From Takakia lepidozioides (taxonomy: Eukaryota; Plantae; Bryophyta), in the NCBI GenBank assembly GCA_030704615.1, contig CM060734.1, positions 9,362,001-9,426,000 on the forward strand: a stretch of DNA of 64,000 nt. The letters run 5' to 3'. Within the stretch, counting starts at the first letter, position 1; the number at the start of each line of letters is the position of its first letter. A program made the translations under genes and the position numbers. Positions 24,637 to 36,989 of this stretch are shown piece by piece. The notes beneath the pieces were generated by a model. The model saw only the letters and a list, made by a program, of their open reading frames with translations, did no database searches and was not told the DNA's origin.

Positions 24637-27600
24637 TTAATCTTGAAAATCATCCGAATCCTCATCCTGTTCTAGACTGTCCTGCTCCGCCTCCACCCCC
24701 TCAGTGCCTTTCTCATCTCCAGCGGACTGCTCGTTGGCCAGGCTTTCAAAAATCCCATCTTCCCCTTGCGGAACTGTCCATCTCACCTCCGTTGGGTCGT
24801 CTTCCTCCCTGTCTGCGTCGCTCTCATCCGCTGAATCACATATGTACTTTCGTACCCGTCTACCTGTCTGAGCTGCTGCCAACTCTTTCCTTATCCTTCT
24901 GTCCTCCCTAGCCCTCTCCAAAATCTGCTCTACTTTACTGGGATTCTCACTTCTTCTAATCGCTGTATTTGCGAGTTTAGCTGCATAACTAGGAAGGGAG
25001 TAGTCCCTCACCGGGCTCGTCATGAAGTCGGCCCTCGCAAAGAACGGGACATTCTTCCTGGCAGGAAGTGTAGGCCCTACATGTTTCGACCCGGACCCTG
25101 CAATCCTGCACATGACAATCATCAACGAGACTAATGAGAACCACAGTCGGGAAATTCGTTTGACATAAATGACCCAGAAGGCTTTGCAAACTTACAATGT
25201 TTGCACTCACTCGTATTCCGGGTTCTCCTCCGCATCAATGTCCACTGTGTCTTCCTCGGACTCCGACGAATCCGAGGAGACTTCCGCTCTGTCGGGAGCC
25301 TTAACATTCCGTTGCAGCCCTTCCAGATGGGATCCCCACACGGATGAATCCTCCTCGTAGGCAAAGAGGTGCCGGTCGGAAAACCGCCCAGCCCACATTG
25401 AGGCACCTGTTACAATGCCATCCACACATTACCACATGGCGCTTCAGATGTTGCGAACTACATCCTAACGAGAATTTGCAGAACAGCATAGATCAAGATT
25501 CTGCATACCTGTCCCACAGATGAGGTCGAGCACTGTGCCCTCCACGTCTGTGCATGTCTCCATAATTGTCTGAATGAAGGCAGGGCTCCGAGTCCGTGAG
25601 TACCGCAGGGGTTCCGTTGAAGTGAGGCTATGAGGGAGAAGTTCCTTGGGAACGTTGTTGAACAGAACGTCGTAATCGAGTGGGTCGCAGTTCGGGTCAA
25701 CCTTTCCTCCCTCCTTCCGGAAAGCAAAGGTGGAGTTCTCCTTCACAAAGCAGTATGCATCGAACTGCTTCGTCTGCATACACAGGGGGGAAAACGATTA
25801 GAAACCGAATGCGGCACCGCATTTGAAAACACCCAAGCAAATGAATGGACGAGTGCCAGTGTCGTAATCACCTTCTTCCCTTCCGACCGAAGGCCCAGTG
25901 TGTTGATGCACGTCCACTTCTTTTTCAGAATCGGGACGGCGCTCTTGGGGTCCACTTGTCTGAGTGTTTTTTCCTCTGCTCGCCAGGACAACCACACAGC
26001 CTCTGTCGTCCAACACCATGCGGGCAAGCCCGAATCCTTTCTTCCAAAAGTCCTCCGAGTACCTGTTCCAAGATGGCAAAGCTTGCAGTCCTTCCACAGG
26101 CTCTCCGTCCGGAATATCCAAGATGATCATATCGCAAGACCACTCGGTGGCATTTCCGCCCCTCCTACAATCCTTGTCTGCACACACCCTCTCAAAGAAC
26201 GAGACCATATTCTGAAATCCTGGGGTGTCGGAAGGCTCTTCGGCAGTCGCCTTCTTCAGTGCTCTGCCCTTCAGACCCTCCATGGTCTTCATGTATGCCA
26301 ACTTGGCTGCCCGTCCATCCAAAGCCGCCAAGAAACTCTCATTTACACACTGGACTACTGTTTCGGGAGCCACTTTCGGCCTCTTCATTTCCACCGGCTC
26401 GAAAGGGTGCCCCCTGGGGGGTTGAAGAGTGCCTTCTTTGCCGAGCCAGTTCTCGTGCCTCTCGTGACAACGGTGGGCACAGGGGAGGCAGCCTGCGTTT
26501 GGGGGGGTGGGCTGGTTGCAAAGTCTCCATCGGAGTCCTCTTCCTCACCCTCTTCCTGAACAGGCTGTTTCTGCTTCTTCGTTTTGGCGGGTGTCACAAC
26601 AGCTGCTCCTTGCTGGCGAGTCCTCTTCTTCGACCCTTCTGTTGGGCCTGCACAGCTGCATCCACCGTCTTTTGTGCCATCTCAGCTGCCTTTCTGGATT
26701 CTTCCAGAGCAGCAGATTCCTTTGCCGACTTTGGCCCAGCAGGGACACGTCTTTCCTTTCTCTTCTCTTCTGCCAAGGCGTGCAGATCTTTCTCAGACTC
26801 GTCAACAATACCGCCAGACATGTCCAGGTACCACGGGCATCCAACGAGATGCGCGGGATGCCATTGTTTCTGCATCTCGGGTGTGTAGACACAGCTTGGG
26901 CCCGCCACGGTCCAAGCCATGAAGAACGGGGGCTCTTGAGCCAGGGCCCCTGTCTGAAGGAGCACGTATTTCATATACCTGCAAGGCAGTCAGCATGCGT
27001 GAGCAAAAGTTGAGACCAACCTACTCGCAGAGTGCCACCGAAAACATAAAATGCGAATGCGGTGCCGCATTTCCGAGACAAACCTCGTAACCAGGCTTCG
27101 CATACAAGGGCAGCTGTGCTTCACCTGTAAACAATTCGCATTGCAGCTTTCCCCGCTCCCTCCTGATGTGTAAACTCCACGCTCCTTCTTGCTGTCTGTA
27201 GCTCTCTGGCGAAAAGGTTGTCCTTGTACGCACATCTGAAACGTGTCACGTAGTCTTCCAATGTCTGTGTTCCATCCCATTTGACGTACAAGCCGAACGA
27301 ATTTGTGTGCATTACGACTTGCTCCTTCGCATTCGACATTACCTGCGATTCCCAAATGCATTGTCACGTAGCAGTTCAGGGAATTCATTTCAGAAAAGCA
27401 AATCTGGGGAAGTACCTTGAATTACCTGGAACCACCAAGTCATACGGTTGAGCCACACATCCACTGCAGGGTCGGAAACTTCCAGTGGAAAAGACCACAT
27501 TGTCCTTATGCTCTCGGATGCATTCCAGATCGACAGCCACCGTGTCTGCCATTTCCGATCCAATGTCAGGAGCTGGAAGAGAGTGGCTATTGCTAGGAAG

Positions 27601-29744
27601 GAACTTCAGTGCATTGAAACCTCACCTTCTCTTTCGCCTCCACACATGCCGTTGAGAGGTGATGCAGTTTCTCCAATTGCATGGTCGGCTGCATGGCCCG
27701 AGAATAGTGTTTTGCAATCTCGGGGATGAAGTCCTTTCCAAGTGCCGGATCTGCAATTGCCACCAGCTTCACAAGCTTTGACTTGTATTTGGTTCTGGAC
27801 TTGACACCGGCTTCCTTCAAGTGCTCAGTCAATGACTGCAACGTTTTGACCTGCCCCTCACTTTCCATGAAGAAGCGTTTGGCATGGGCCAAATCCAGCT
27901 TGATGTTTGACTGCCAACAAAAACATGCAGAAGCGTTACATTCGATTCATGTGGAAACATTACTGAAAATGGGGAAGGATGAGCAGAGGGAAATTGGAGG
28001 ACGACTTACTTCGTATATCACCTCCACCATTCCATCCATAGTGAGACGATACCATGTCCGGTCTGTTTTTGCAACGGCTTTCTGAATGAGCTCGGGCTCC
28101 AGCATTTCCGCAAACATCTGCGGATCAGTGAGACCAGTTTTCCTCACCCTGTACAGCATATGTGCCATGTGGGTATGCACGTACGCATTCTCAGTGACCC
28201 TGCAAGGCACACTCTCCAGTTCAGTACACGGAAGCACGGAAACAAACCAGAATGGAAACCGAAATGCGGCACCGCATTTCGAACGTGCTAGGGAGGGTAT
28301 GAGTATCTTACGAGTTGAGGTCCGCCATGGCATTCTTGAGCAGGGAGGAGTCTGCCGCCTTCACCTTCAGGATGACACACTCCACCATGTAATGCCAGCC
28401 AATGTGCTTGGCATGGTTCTGCTTGATGTACTCCCACCAGGCGAGAAGTCGGTGATTCCCGTCCCACACAAAGAACATTTTACCCGACATATGGCCGAAG
28501 TCTGGATCACCCTTCAGCGTCGCCTCGAATTCGTCGTTGCGAGTGTGCCAAGTGGGTATCCCACGTTGACAATTCATCGGCAGTGGGTCCACGAGTTTCG
28601 CCGTCCTCATTCTCAATGGAAACGTAAAACGCTGCCGATCCCAGACGGTACCCTTCTCGAAATGCGAACTTGAGCTTATCCACATCTCCGGGAAGGGCCT
28701 GCCTGACGATGGGAAGGGAGACCATGCGACAGAGTGGGATTCGAAGAGTCCGCTGGAATACCTGCTGCCCAGAACTCTGCCAATGCTACTGTGTGTCTCC
28801 TCCAACATTTTATCCGCTGCACTTTTGAAATCCTCCGGAGACATGTCTGTAGGTGCCGGTAGTGGCTGAGCAGCTGGAGCATCCTCAACTGGAGCTGCAC
28901 TCTGGGGCTGTCTGCGGGCAATTCTGCCATTGCAGAGGCCTCCTCCGGGCCTGCTTGCTCATCGGTGGTGAGGTCTTGCTGCGAACGTTGAGCGGCAGCA
29001 CCCTCCTCCGGTACCAAATCGAGATCAACGGTCGATCCCATTGCCTTCGCTGCAGCAGAGTCGGCCCCAACATCTGCAGGCGGGAAATCCTCCAGGAACT
29101 GAGCTTCAGCTCGTGGAAGCGGTTTTGCGGAGATTGTTCGGCGTCGCCCTGATTGCCTTCTGCTTCCTCATCCTTGCAGGTGAAGGTGTCTGCTGCAATT
29201 GAATCTGTCTTTTACCCTGCTGCTTCATTCGCGTTGGGGGGGGTGAATCGGCCTGAGCCGGTTCAGAAGCCAGTAGAGGGACGGGCTGCTTCTTCTTCGA
29301 CTTTGCTGGAGAAGGGCCCGACCCCTGCTGGCGATTCTCCATGACCGAAGAACGCGAGTCGATCTCTGGGGCTTTGAACTTGCCCTTCGAAGACGCGTCT
29401 TTGAATCGCACAGGGCTAGGCCCGGCAGGAATACCGCGCTCGGGGATCGGGTGGGTGTACGTGCTGCAGCTAGCTCCTCGGACTCTTCCTGCGGCTCTTC
29501 GGATTCCTGCGATCCCTCCAGCACGTCCACCTTTCCTGTTAGGCATGCAAACATGTTCTGCATTCAAGTCTCCTAGCATTCAGTCTAAGAATTACAGAAG
29601 CAAAATGGGGGGTTCGGTGCTCGATCAGCTGCGCGCAGCCCGATCGCATGGAGCTCTCACTGGTGGCTGGGTTGCCTGAGTGGCCTGCTGCTCGGAGATG
29701 GCAATCTCCTCCTGTAGACGCATCTGCTTCCTCCCCTTCGGCAT
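24637..29744 (-). pseudogene. Multi-exon gene: low-complexity N-terminus, ParB/Srx-like domain, helical region, beta-class N4C/N6A DNA methyltransferase-like domain, acidic tail (several frameshifts)
   Basis: FFVWDGNHRLLAW at ~28440-28480. Motif IV-like DMIILDIPDG at ~26104-26133, then ARMVLDDRG. Motifs X/I RSPAFIQTIMETCT..TVLDLICGT-G-ASMWAGRFSDRHLFAYE span intron 25407-25508. A further GT-AG intron lies at 25106-25210. Confidence 0.8.
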
Positions 29745-30174
29745 TGGCCTACGTCCGAAGTATAATTTCCGAGCTTGCGACGAGGTCTCCTGTCTGGTGC
29801 ACGAACTCCCCCCTCTCAGGTTCGAGCATAAGAAGAAACAGAGGAGGGAAAAGGGGCAAAGAGTGCAGATGGAAAGGGCGCGAGAGGGGTGACTGAGGAG
29901 ACACGACAAAAGTAGATGAAACGGCGGTGATGCACCACTTGGGTTCGAAAGGGTTGGACGAAAGTGTCTCCTCGTGGACTTTGCGTCATTACGAAATTCG
30001 AATCGTTCAGGGTACGCCTGCCGTCCGAAAAAACAAACATCATTATCCAACGGTCAGGCCGCGCCGCCTCATGCCCCTTCAGTCAGATAGAGTGCCGACA
30101 TGTGCAGCAATTCCGTTGCTCCACGTGTTCACATTTCAAGGCATTTCCGTCCCAGCGTCTGATGAGTTGGAGCG

Positions 30175-31865
30175 AAAATGCGAATGCGGCGCCGCATTTC
30201 CGTTAAGTACCATCACGAAGCTACACATCCGTACTTGTTGGAAGAAAATGCGGCACCGCATTTCCGTTCCACCTTCACATACCTTAGTTGTTGAACGGAA
30301 ATACGTGTGCCGCATTTCCGTCCCACAGCTCCATGTATGAGATTCAAAAGGGAAATGCGGCGCCGCATTTCCGTTCTGGAATGTCGAAAGGTGCGATTCG
30401 GACGGGAATGAGGCACAACATTTCAGTTCCCGTGGTTCATGATTTTCAATGTGAACGGAAATGCGGTACCGCATTTCCGTTCCCCTTCACATACGTTAGT
30501 TGATGAATGGAAATGCCGTGCCACATTTCCGTTCGGGAAAGTATAGAGGTCTCACCTGGACAGAAATGCGGTGCCGCATTTCCGGTCTCGAAAGTTTGAA
30601 GGTCTCACATGGAATGGAAATGCGGCAACACATTTCCGTAGCACAGCTCCAGGCCACAATACAAAACGGAAATGCGGCGCCGCATTTCCGTTCTAGAATG
30701 TCGGAGGTGCGACTCGGACGGAAATGCGGGGCCGCATTTCTGTTCCGTTGCGCACGATTTCAGTCAGAACGGAAATGCGGTACCGCATATTTCTGTTACC
30801 GTTGCGCACGCTTTTTCAGTCAGAACGGAAATGCGGTACCGCATTTCCGTTCTGTAGAGTATTAACGTCTGACGCTGGCGGAAATGCTGTGCCGCATTTT
30901 CGTTCCACAGCTCCATGCCTCACATACAAAACGGAAATGCGGCGCCGCATTTCCGTTTTGGAATGTCGGAAGGTGCGACTCCGACGGAAATGCGGTACCG
31001 CATTTCAGTTCCGATGTTTCAGGATATTTCATCAGAACGGAAATGCGGTGCCGCATTTCCGTTCTGGAATGTTGGGAGGTGCGACTCGGATGGAAATGCG
31101 CTGCCGCATTTCAGTTCCGATGGTTCACGATTTTCAGTCAGAACGGAAATGCGGTACCGCATTTCCGTTCTGGAATGTTGGAGGTGCGACTCGGATGGAA
31201 ATACGCTGCCGCATTTCAGTTCAGATGGTTCACGATTTTCAGTCAGAACGGAAATGCGGTACCGCATTTCCGTTCTGGATAGTATGAATGTCTCAAGCGG
31301 TCGGAATTGCGCTGTATGAAGCTGTCGGAATCGCACTCGGCTCCATGCATCAGATACAAAATGGAAATGCGGCGCCGCATTTCCGTTCTGGAATGTCGGA
31401 AAGTGCGACTCGGACAGAAATGCGGTGCCGCATTTCTGTTCCCGTTGTTCATAATTCTCAATCAGAACGGAAATGCGGTACCGCATTTCCGTTATGGAGA
31501 GTATGAATGTCTTTTAAGGACGGAAATGTGCTGCAGCATTTCTATCCCTCAGCTCCATGCATCAGATACAAAATGGAAATGCGGCGCCGCATTTCCGTTC
31601 TGGAATGTCGAAAAAGTGCGACTCGGACGGAAATGCGGTGCCGCATTTCTGTTCCCGTTTTCATAATTCTCAATCAGAACGGAAATGCGGTACCGCATTT
31701 CCGTTCCACCTTCACATACCGTGCTTGCTGGATGGAAATGCGTTACCGCATTTCCGTTCTGGAGAGTATAAAGGTTTCCCCCGGACGGAAACTCGGTGCC
31801 GCATTTCCGTCGCTCTGGTGCATGACCAAGAAGCAAACGGAAATGCGGCGCCGTATTTCCGTCCA
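30175..31865. repeat. Phased array of ~32 22-bp palindromes with ~53-bp period
   Basis: Example starts: 30827, 30880, 30933, 30986, 31039, 31092 and 31145. Spacers fall into a few recurring types, forming a higher-order repeat. Confidence 0.95.
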
Positions 31866-32286
31866 CCAGCAATCGAAAGAATCACTCGGGACGGGAAATC
31901 TGGAACCTGAATGGGTTGCATTGTTCCGAAACAACATTGCGGCCAGTCTTGATGAGCACAACTTGGTTGTCTGACCGTTTTAACCAACAGTCCTGGCACT
32001 TGTCAGTGCGAACGTTCCTGTCTGCACCGAGAATACTGCTGGATCCACCCTCAGGAGAAACTGTCAGGAGATGTTATTTCGTCGCCGAATCGGCCATCAT
32101 TGTCATACTTACTGGCTATGGAATCAAACCTCCCACCTTCATGCATGTAGCTTGAAACAATACTTTCCACTTCAATGTGCGACTTCCAATCGTCGATGGA
32201 CTCCGCAGATCCACTTAGATGGTGCCTGTGAGCCTTGGTCTGTCGCTATACTGAACCTCGCACTTGCCAACTCCGTGCGGTGTTCG

Positions 32287-35200
32287 ATGGCTCCGAATTC
32301 CTACGCTATAGTTTGCTGTCCTCCGCAACTTGGGAGAGCCTGGATCCCAAACGAGGGAGGACTTTGCAGAGTGACTGAAACTTACCTTTGTTCCAAATTC
32401 AAGCTCAAACCGGGCACAGTTTATTTGGAAGAAGAAAGGAAGGATGTTCCTGGACAGGTTGACGAGACCATTGTCGTGCTAGGTAACGACGGAGGTTGCG
32501 AATCGAATGGCACGTTCCCCCGTCAGACACCATCCTGTACCGAGCTGTGGGAATGCCCATTCCCTTTCCGAATCAGTCGCTGCCCACACCATCCACAAAG
32601 GAGTCCGGAAACCGAGAGGCGGCCACTGCCAACAGAGAGGTATGCAACGATAATCATTCCCGACCTGGACCGTCAAGACCCTCCATAGCTTCTCGTGTGG
32701 ACGTATTCGACATTTCCGACGAGGAAGATGATTGCATTGAGGTACCCATGTCCTCCACACGGTCGTTCAAATCCGGCATGGACGTCTCTGTCGGTGCTAC
32801 GAATGTGCCCTCGAGCATAACTCCAACCCGGTCCATTGTGCAGCTCCTACGACAACATCACCTCGATGGTTCTCGCTCCGAGCTGGCTGCTCTCGACTAT
32901 GCCAAATTCCCAGTCAGAAAGGTAACTTTTCTGCCTCCCGAAGTCGATGGCAATGTCATCTTCGAGTTTCCACCTGTTTCTTTGTCAAAGAAAGCCTCCG
33001 GGATGTTAACAGACATGGATCGAAAGCATGACGACACCCCTGGTGTGTGACGAAGACCAGTAGCACGAAAATTGCTGATGGTGTTCGTGTACGATATGTC
33101 CTCTGTGCGGGGAAGCTGAGGTGCCTCAATCCCACCTGCTTCCACTTTCTCTCCAAAGGAGGGCGGAGAAACGAGACGGATTGGACTGGCACAACGCATC
33201 ATCCATTCATTGTCTCCAGCCAAGCTCCTGCGGGTTCTTTCAAGTGTGCACATTGCAAAGAACCACCGACGTGCATGTCCATGTGCAGAGCCAAGCAATA
33301 TTACGTAATCCATTTGCTCCCGGACTTGACTAGAGCTTGCATACACGTTGGGGTCCACTGCCACCCCTTGGCGAGAGGCAACATGCGTGAGGCTGTGCAG
33401 GAAGCACACGACATCATAAAAGAGGAGGTGAAATTGAGCCCCGGAGCCAGACCAAAGCAGATTCAGCTGAAGGCAGCCCACAAGATTGCTCTTGGCAAAA
33501 TCATGTCTGAAGATGGTTCCGACCGAGAGCCCTTGACCGAAGACGAGATGCGTGACCTCTTGGAGTCCGTCTCGCACGTTTGTAGTCCGAATGTGCGGAA
33601 TCACATCGTATCTTGCAAGCAGGAGTTCGGCAGGGGGTCGGACATGTACTCAATCCTGGAGGTGAAACGAATGACTGGATATGACTACATCCAAGGTAGC
33701 AGGTTTCCAGGGCAAGGCAGCGAATCCGATCGTTGTTACATTTTCAAAATGTCGACGTGTGGGCCTGGGAGTGGAGTCGACTTGGTCACTCGCATGACAA
33801 CTGGAAACTTGTCGAATGCTTGGGTGATGTTTGATCACATCAAGCGAATTACAAACCATCAGTGGGTGACTATGGGTGCGCATGTTTATGACTATCACTC
33901 CAAGAGGCTCATGACGATTGCAATCTGCGAGATGAAAGGGGAGGACACACAGTCCGAATGCATCTGTGGGAGGGCATAAACGAGCAGATGGCAAGGGCGG
34001 GATTGCCAGAGCCCAATTTCAGGGGATTCATGGCAGACAACGCTCAGGCCAACTGGGCAGCGGTGTGGCGTGTGTACGGTGAGGACCCCAATGTTCCAAT
34101 GGAGGGAAAGAGAGATCCTGTGGATTCCATTGGATGCAGAGTCTATCCCACTACACTACCAAATTTGTTGCTAGCTCATTCCAGGCTGAACACCGTGTCC
34201 TTTGTACGGCGTGGAAGGATGCACCCACATTTGATGACGCGGAGGTTAAGTTTGCTATCATCGAGGCTTGGTGGAACACGTCAGGTGCAGTGGAGACAAC
34301 CAATCTGGGAGCATTGCACAGCTGGTTGGGGTGGTGGCATTTTCGGTATCGACAGTTCGGACAGTACATGCGGGAGGTAGGCTGCTGTCAATTTCGTTCA
34401 TTTGTCTTTCTGTTACGGACATTTCGATTGGTCCCTCACCATTGTTTGTGTCCTTCTAGGAGCGGTGCTTGGATTCCGACACGGACATGCCGAACACGAA
34501 TATGGCAGAATCGGTCCACTCCTCCTGGCGAGCGTCTTCTGCCGCACATCTGGTGGACGTAGTGACGGCCACAACGGAGGACATCGACAGAGCAATCATG
34601 CAGCAAGCCACGTACTACAAGTTCATGAGCGGCAAACAATGGGGCTTTGGGCCGGACAGGGAGGAATTGTTGGTACGAACAGCTTCGAGGTCCAAGAATC
34701 CAGTGAAATGGGCGACAGCATTGCGAGAGAAGATCAAAGGGACGCCTCTGCACCGCAGAGGTGAACACCTAGAGGGGGACGTCCGGACTCGCCCTGTCAG
34801 GCGGAGGATTGAAGAGGAACCCGGGTGCGAAGAGGATTCCTGGAGATCCGACAGGAACATTTGGACAGCACCTCGAGGTCCCGTCATGTTGCCGCACAAT
34901 GTGTCTTCCAGCATTGGAAGCCCAAGAAATTCCAGATCGCCGTCGCCTTCAACCGGGGATTTCGTGCAAAAAATTCCCACCGCTCCCTTGCCCCAGATTC
35001 CGCCCGCTGTTATGCAGTATGGCCAAGCCATTGTGGAGACGACTGTGTCTGCATCACAGTGGAGAATTGCTCGCACAAAGCCGTCGTTTCGAGGAAGGTG
35101 TTCCACAATTCGTGTGGATACACGACAACGTTGTTTAGAGATGATAAAGAGGAATCCAGATGGGGCTGTCCCTGCTCCTACTTTTACAGGAAGATTTGTC

Positions 35201-35891
35201 CATGCAAAGTTTGCGGAGGCGACAACCACCCAGTTTTGGTTCTGCAGGCACGACATTATGACTTGCGTGTATGGAAAGCACAAGTACGGCATACAAACAA
35301 TGCCAGAGGCTCCCCCGGTGTGGCCGGTGGAACCAGGCTGCGATCTGAGTCAGGTTGAGGCCGACGCCCTTACCGCCGCAGGATTTCGGATGGTGCAGCG
35401 CACTGACGTCCCCAGAGAACCATTTCCGCTTCCACAGCCTCCACCACCGACCCCTGTGAGAGCAAGAACAATGGGACATGACAGCTCTAAGCATCCTACA
35501 CACCGTTGGGGGAAACCGAAGAGGCGGCGACCTCCCTCAAAAGTGAACGAGACAAGGATGGGGAATGCACTTCGGATGAACTGTACAATCTAGAGCTCGA
35601 CAGAAGTGCCCCCACCAGGATTATGGGCGTGTGTATCAGATGGCCACGACGGGCTCAGCTGTTCGCAATGAGGTGTACACCATCACCATTTCAGAATTAC
35701 CCACCTGCAATTGCACCGACTTCCAGATCATGGTGAACAAGGGGGCATCATACTGCCCTTGCAAGCATTTGTACTACGTGTACCTAAAGAGACTCCGTTG
35801 TAATTCCACAACTCATCACTTCATACATGCACCAGGGTTGAGCCCCCAGGAGGTTCACACTCTTCTGAATATGGATCCAGGGGACCAGTGA
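32287..35891 (+). pseudogene. MULE transposase (GCM/WRKY-fold DBD, DDE, SWIM), frameshifted
   Basis: CAGKLRC..C..CAHC..CIHVGVHCHP, WVMFDH, FMADNAQAN, CGFH and TNMAESVH. SWIM finger CNCTDF..CKH. Intron 34377-34459. Frameshifts near 32510, 33040, 33965, 34110 and 35620. Stop at 35591. Confidence 0.9.
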
Positions 35892-36742
35892 GCTTGGCTT
35901 GCGGTCCCCATACAATGGTACGCCCATCCTTTTCGGATAGTAGAACTGTACTGCTGCCAGTACCTCAGACTCTGGCCACAGAAAGGTCCGACATATGTCT
36001 TGCCTACCAGTAACCTGTTTTGCTCGAACTAAGATATTACTATATCGTTCACTTGTTTCCACGTGCATGTATTTTTGTATGTTGGAGGGTTCATGTTTTT
36101 CTGCTTTCCGAAAACTTGCTTTCCTCATTCGACCTCCGACAAGGAAATGCGGCGCCGCATTTCCAAGTATCGTCGTAGGTACCCCCAGAGGCGGCCTTCG
36201 CCAACACCAAACCGCTCCGAAATTTCGCACGTGCGAACCCTAATGCGGCACCCTATTTCCCAGTTCAGTTGCAAACCTTTCCCGCCGAATACCCGAAGAA
36301 GACAGAATTGTGAAGTACTGCAGACTGTATTGGTGCAGACTCCATTGGTTCAATCGCGGCAAAAGGGTCAGCTTCATTCCAATGTTAAGGCATGTAAAAC
36401 CGCGGAATACTCTATACAGGCCAATATGCGACGTCCTTTTGCAGTGGTATACTGGATTTCCCGTTGCACGGTCACTTATTTCCATGAGCGGATCTAAAAA
36501 ACCATGAGCGGACTTGTTACTGACGACATATCTTCGCCGCATTACATGATCTGGAACGTCCAAAAACGGCAAGGTCAAATAAAAAACTATTATTTTAATA
36601 CTTGTTTAATCTGCCGCATTTCCAAATTTGGAGGAGTCCGCTCATGAAATCCGCGTATCTTAGACTTCGGCTCACCGCTCATGCGGCTCATGCGGCTCAT
36701 GGCTCATGGCTCATGGTTTCTGCTCATGAAATAGTAAACCTC

Positions 36743-36989
36743 GATTTCTGTTATAATAATACAGAACACTCCGCAACGGGAGCTTCCCCTTTTGTATTGG
36801 TATATGGAAAAGCACCTCTGGTGCCGACAAGTTGGGCCGCCCAGGACGGTGAGGAGCCGGCAGCAGCAGCGGTGTTGGAAGAACGCGAGCGTTTGTTGGA
36901 GCTCGCAAAGTACAACATTGCCAAAGCTAGGAAACATTATGAGCGGCAGGCGAATCGGAAGCGGAGGGAAGTTAAGTTTAGAGGCAGGC
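36743..36989 (+). pseudogene. Chromovirus integrase fragment (right flank of MULE copy 2)
   Basis: [19 protein letters not shown] continues 20785-21401. Confidence 0.9.

Larger units (their letters stand above)
21402..36742. mobile_element. Complete 15.3-kb MULE-like DNA transposon, copy 2, with ParB-MTase cargo
   Basis: Exact 9-bp TSD GATTTCTGT at 21393-21401 and 36743-36751. The joined flanks restore the integrase seen at 55731-55770. Imperfect TIRs GGGGGCTGCTATTTCATGAGC and GAGGTTTACTATTTCATGAGC, with tandem CATGAGC units. Confidence 0.95.

Noticed and set aside
25630-26559. 309-aa plus-strand ORF
   Set aside because: It is antisense to the MTase exons and has no recognisable motifs.
24637-29744. 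Bacterial contamination or restriction-modification system
   Set aside because: The gene has GT-AG introns shared between copies and no endonuclease partner. It lies within a TSD-bounded element nested in a plant retrotransposon.
30175-31865. CRISPR array (palindromic repeat with constant-length spacers)
   Set aside because: Spacers are related and recur in higher-order units, the repeats are degenerate, and no cas genes are present. The array sits inside an intron-containing eukaryotic transposon.
30136-31999. Many overlapping ORFs on both strands (GNAAPHF/MRRRIS/KCGAAF peptides); the same occurs at 23748-24675
   Set aside because: They are translations of the stop-poor palindrome repeats.
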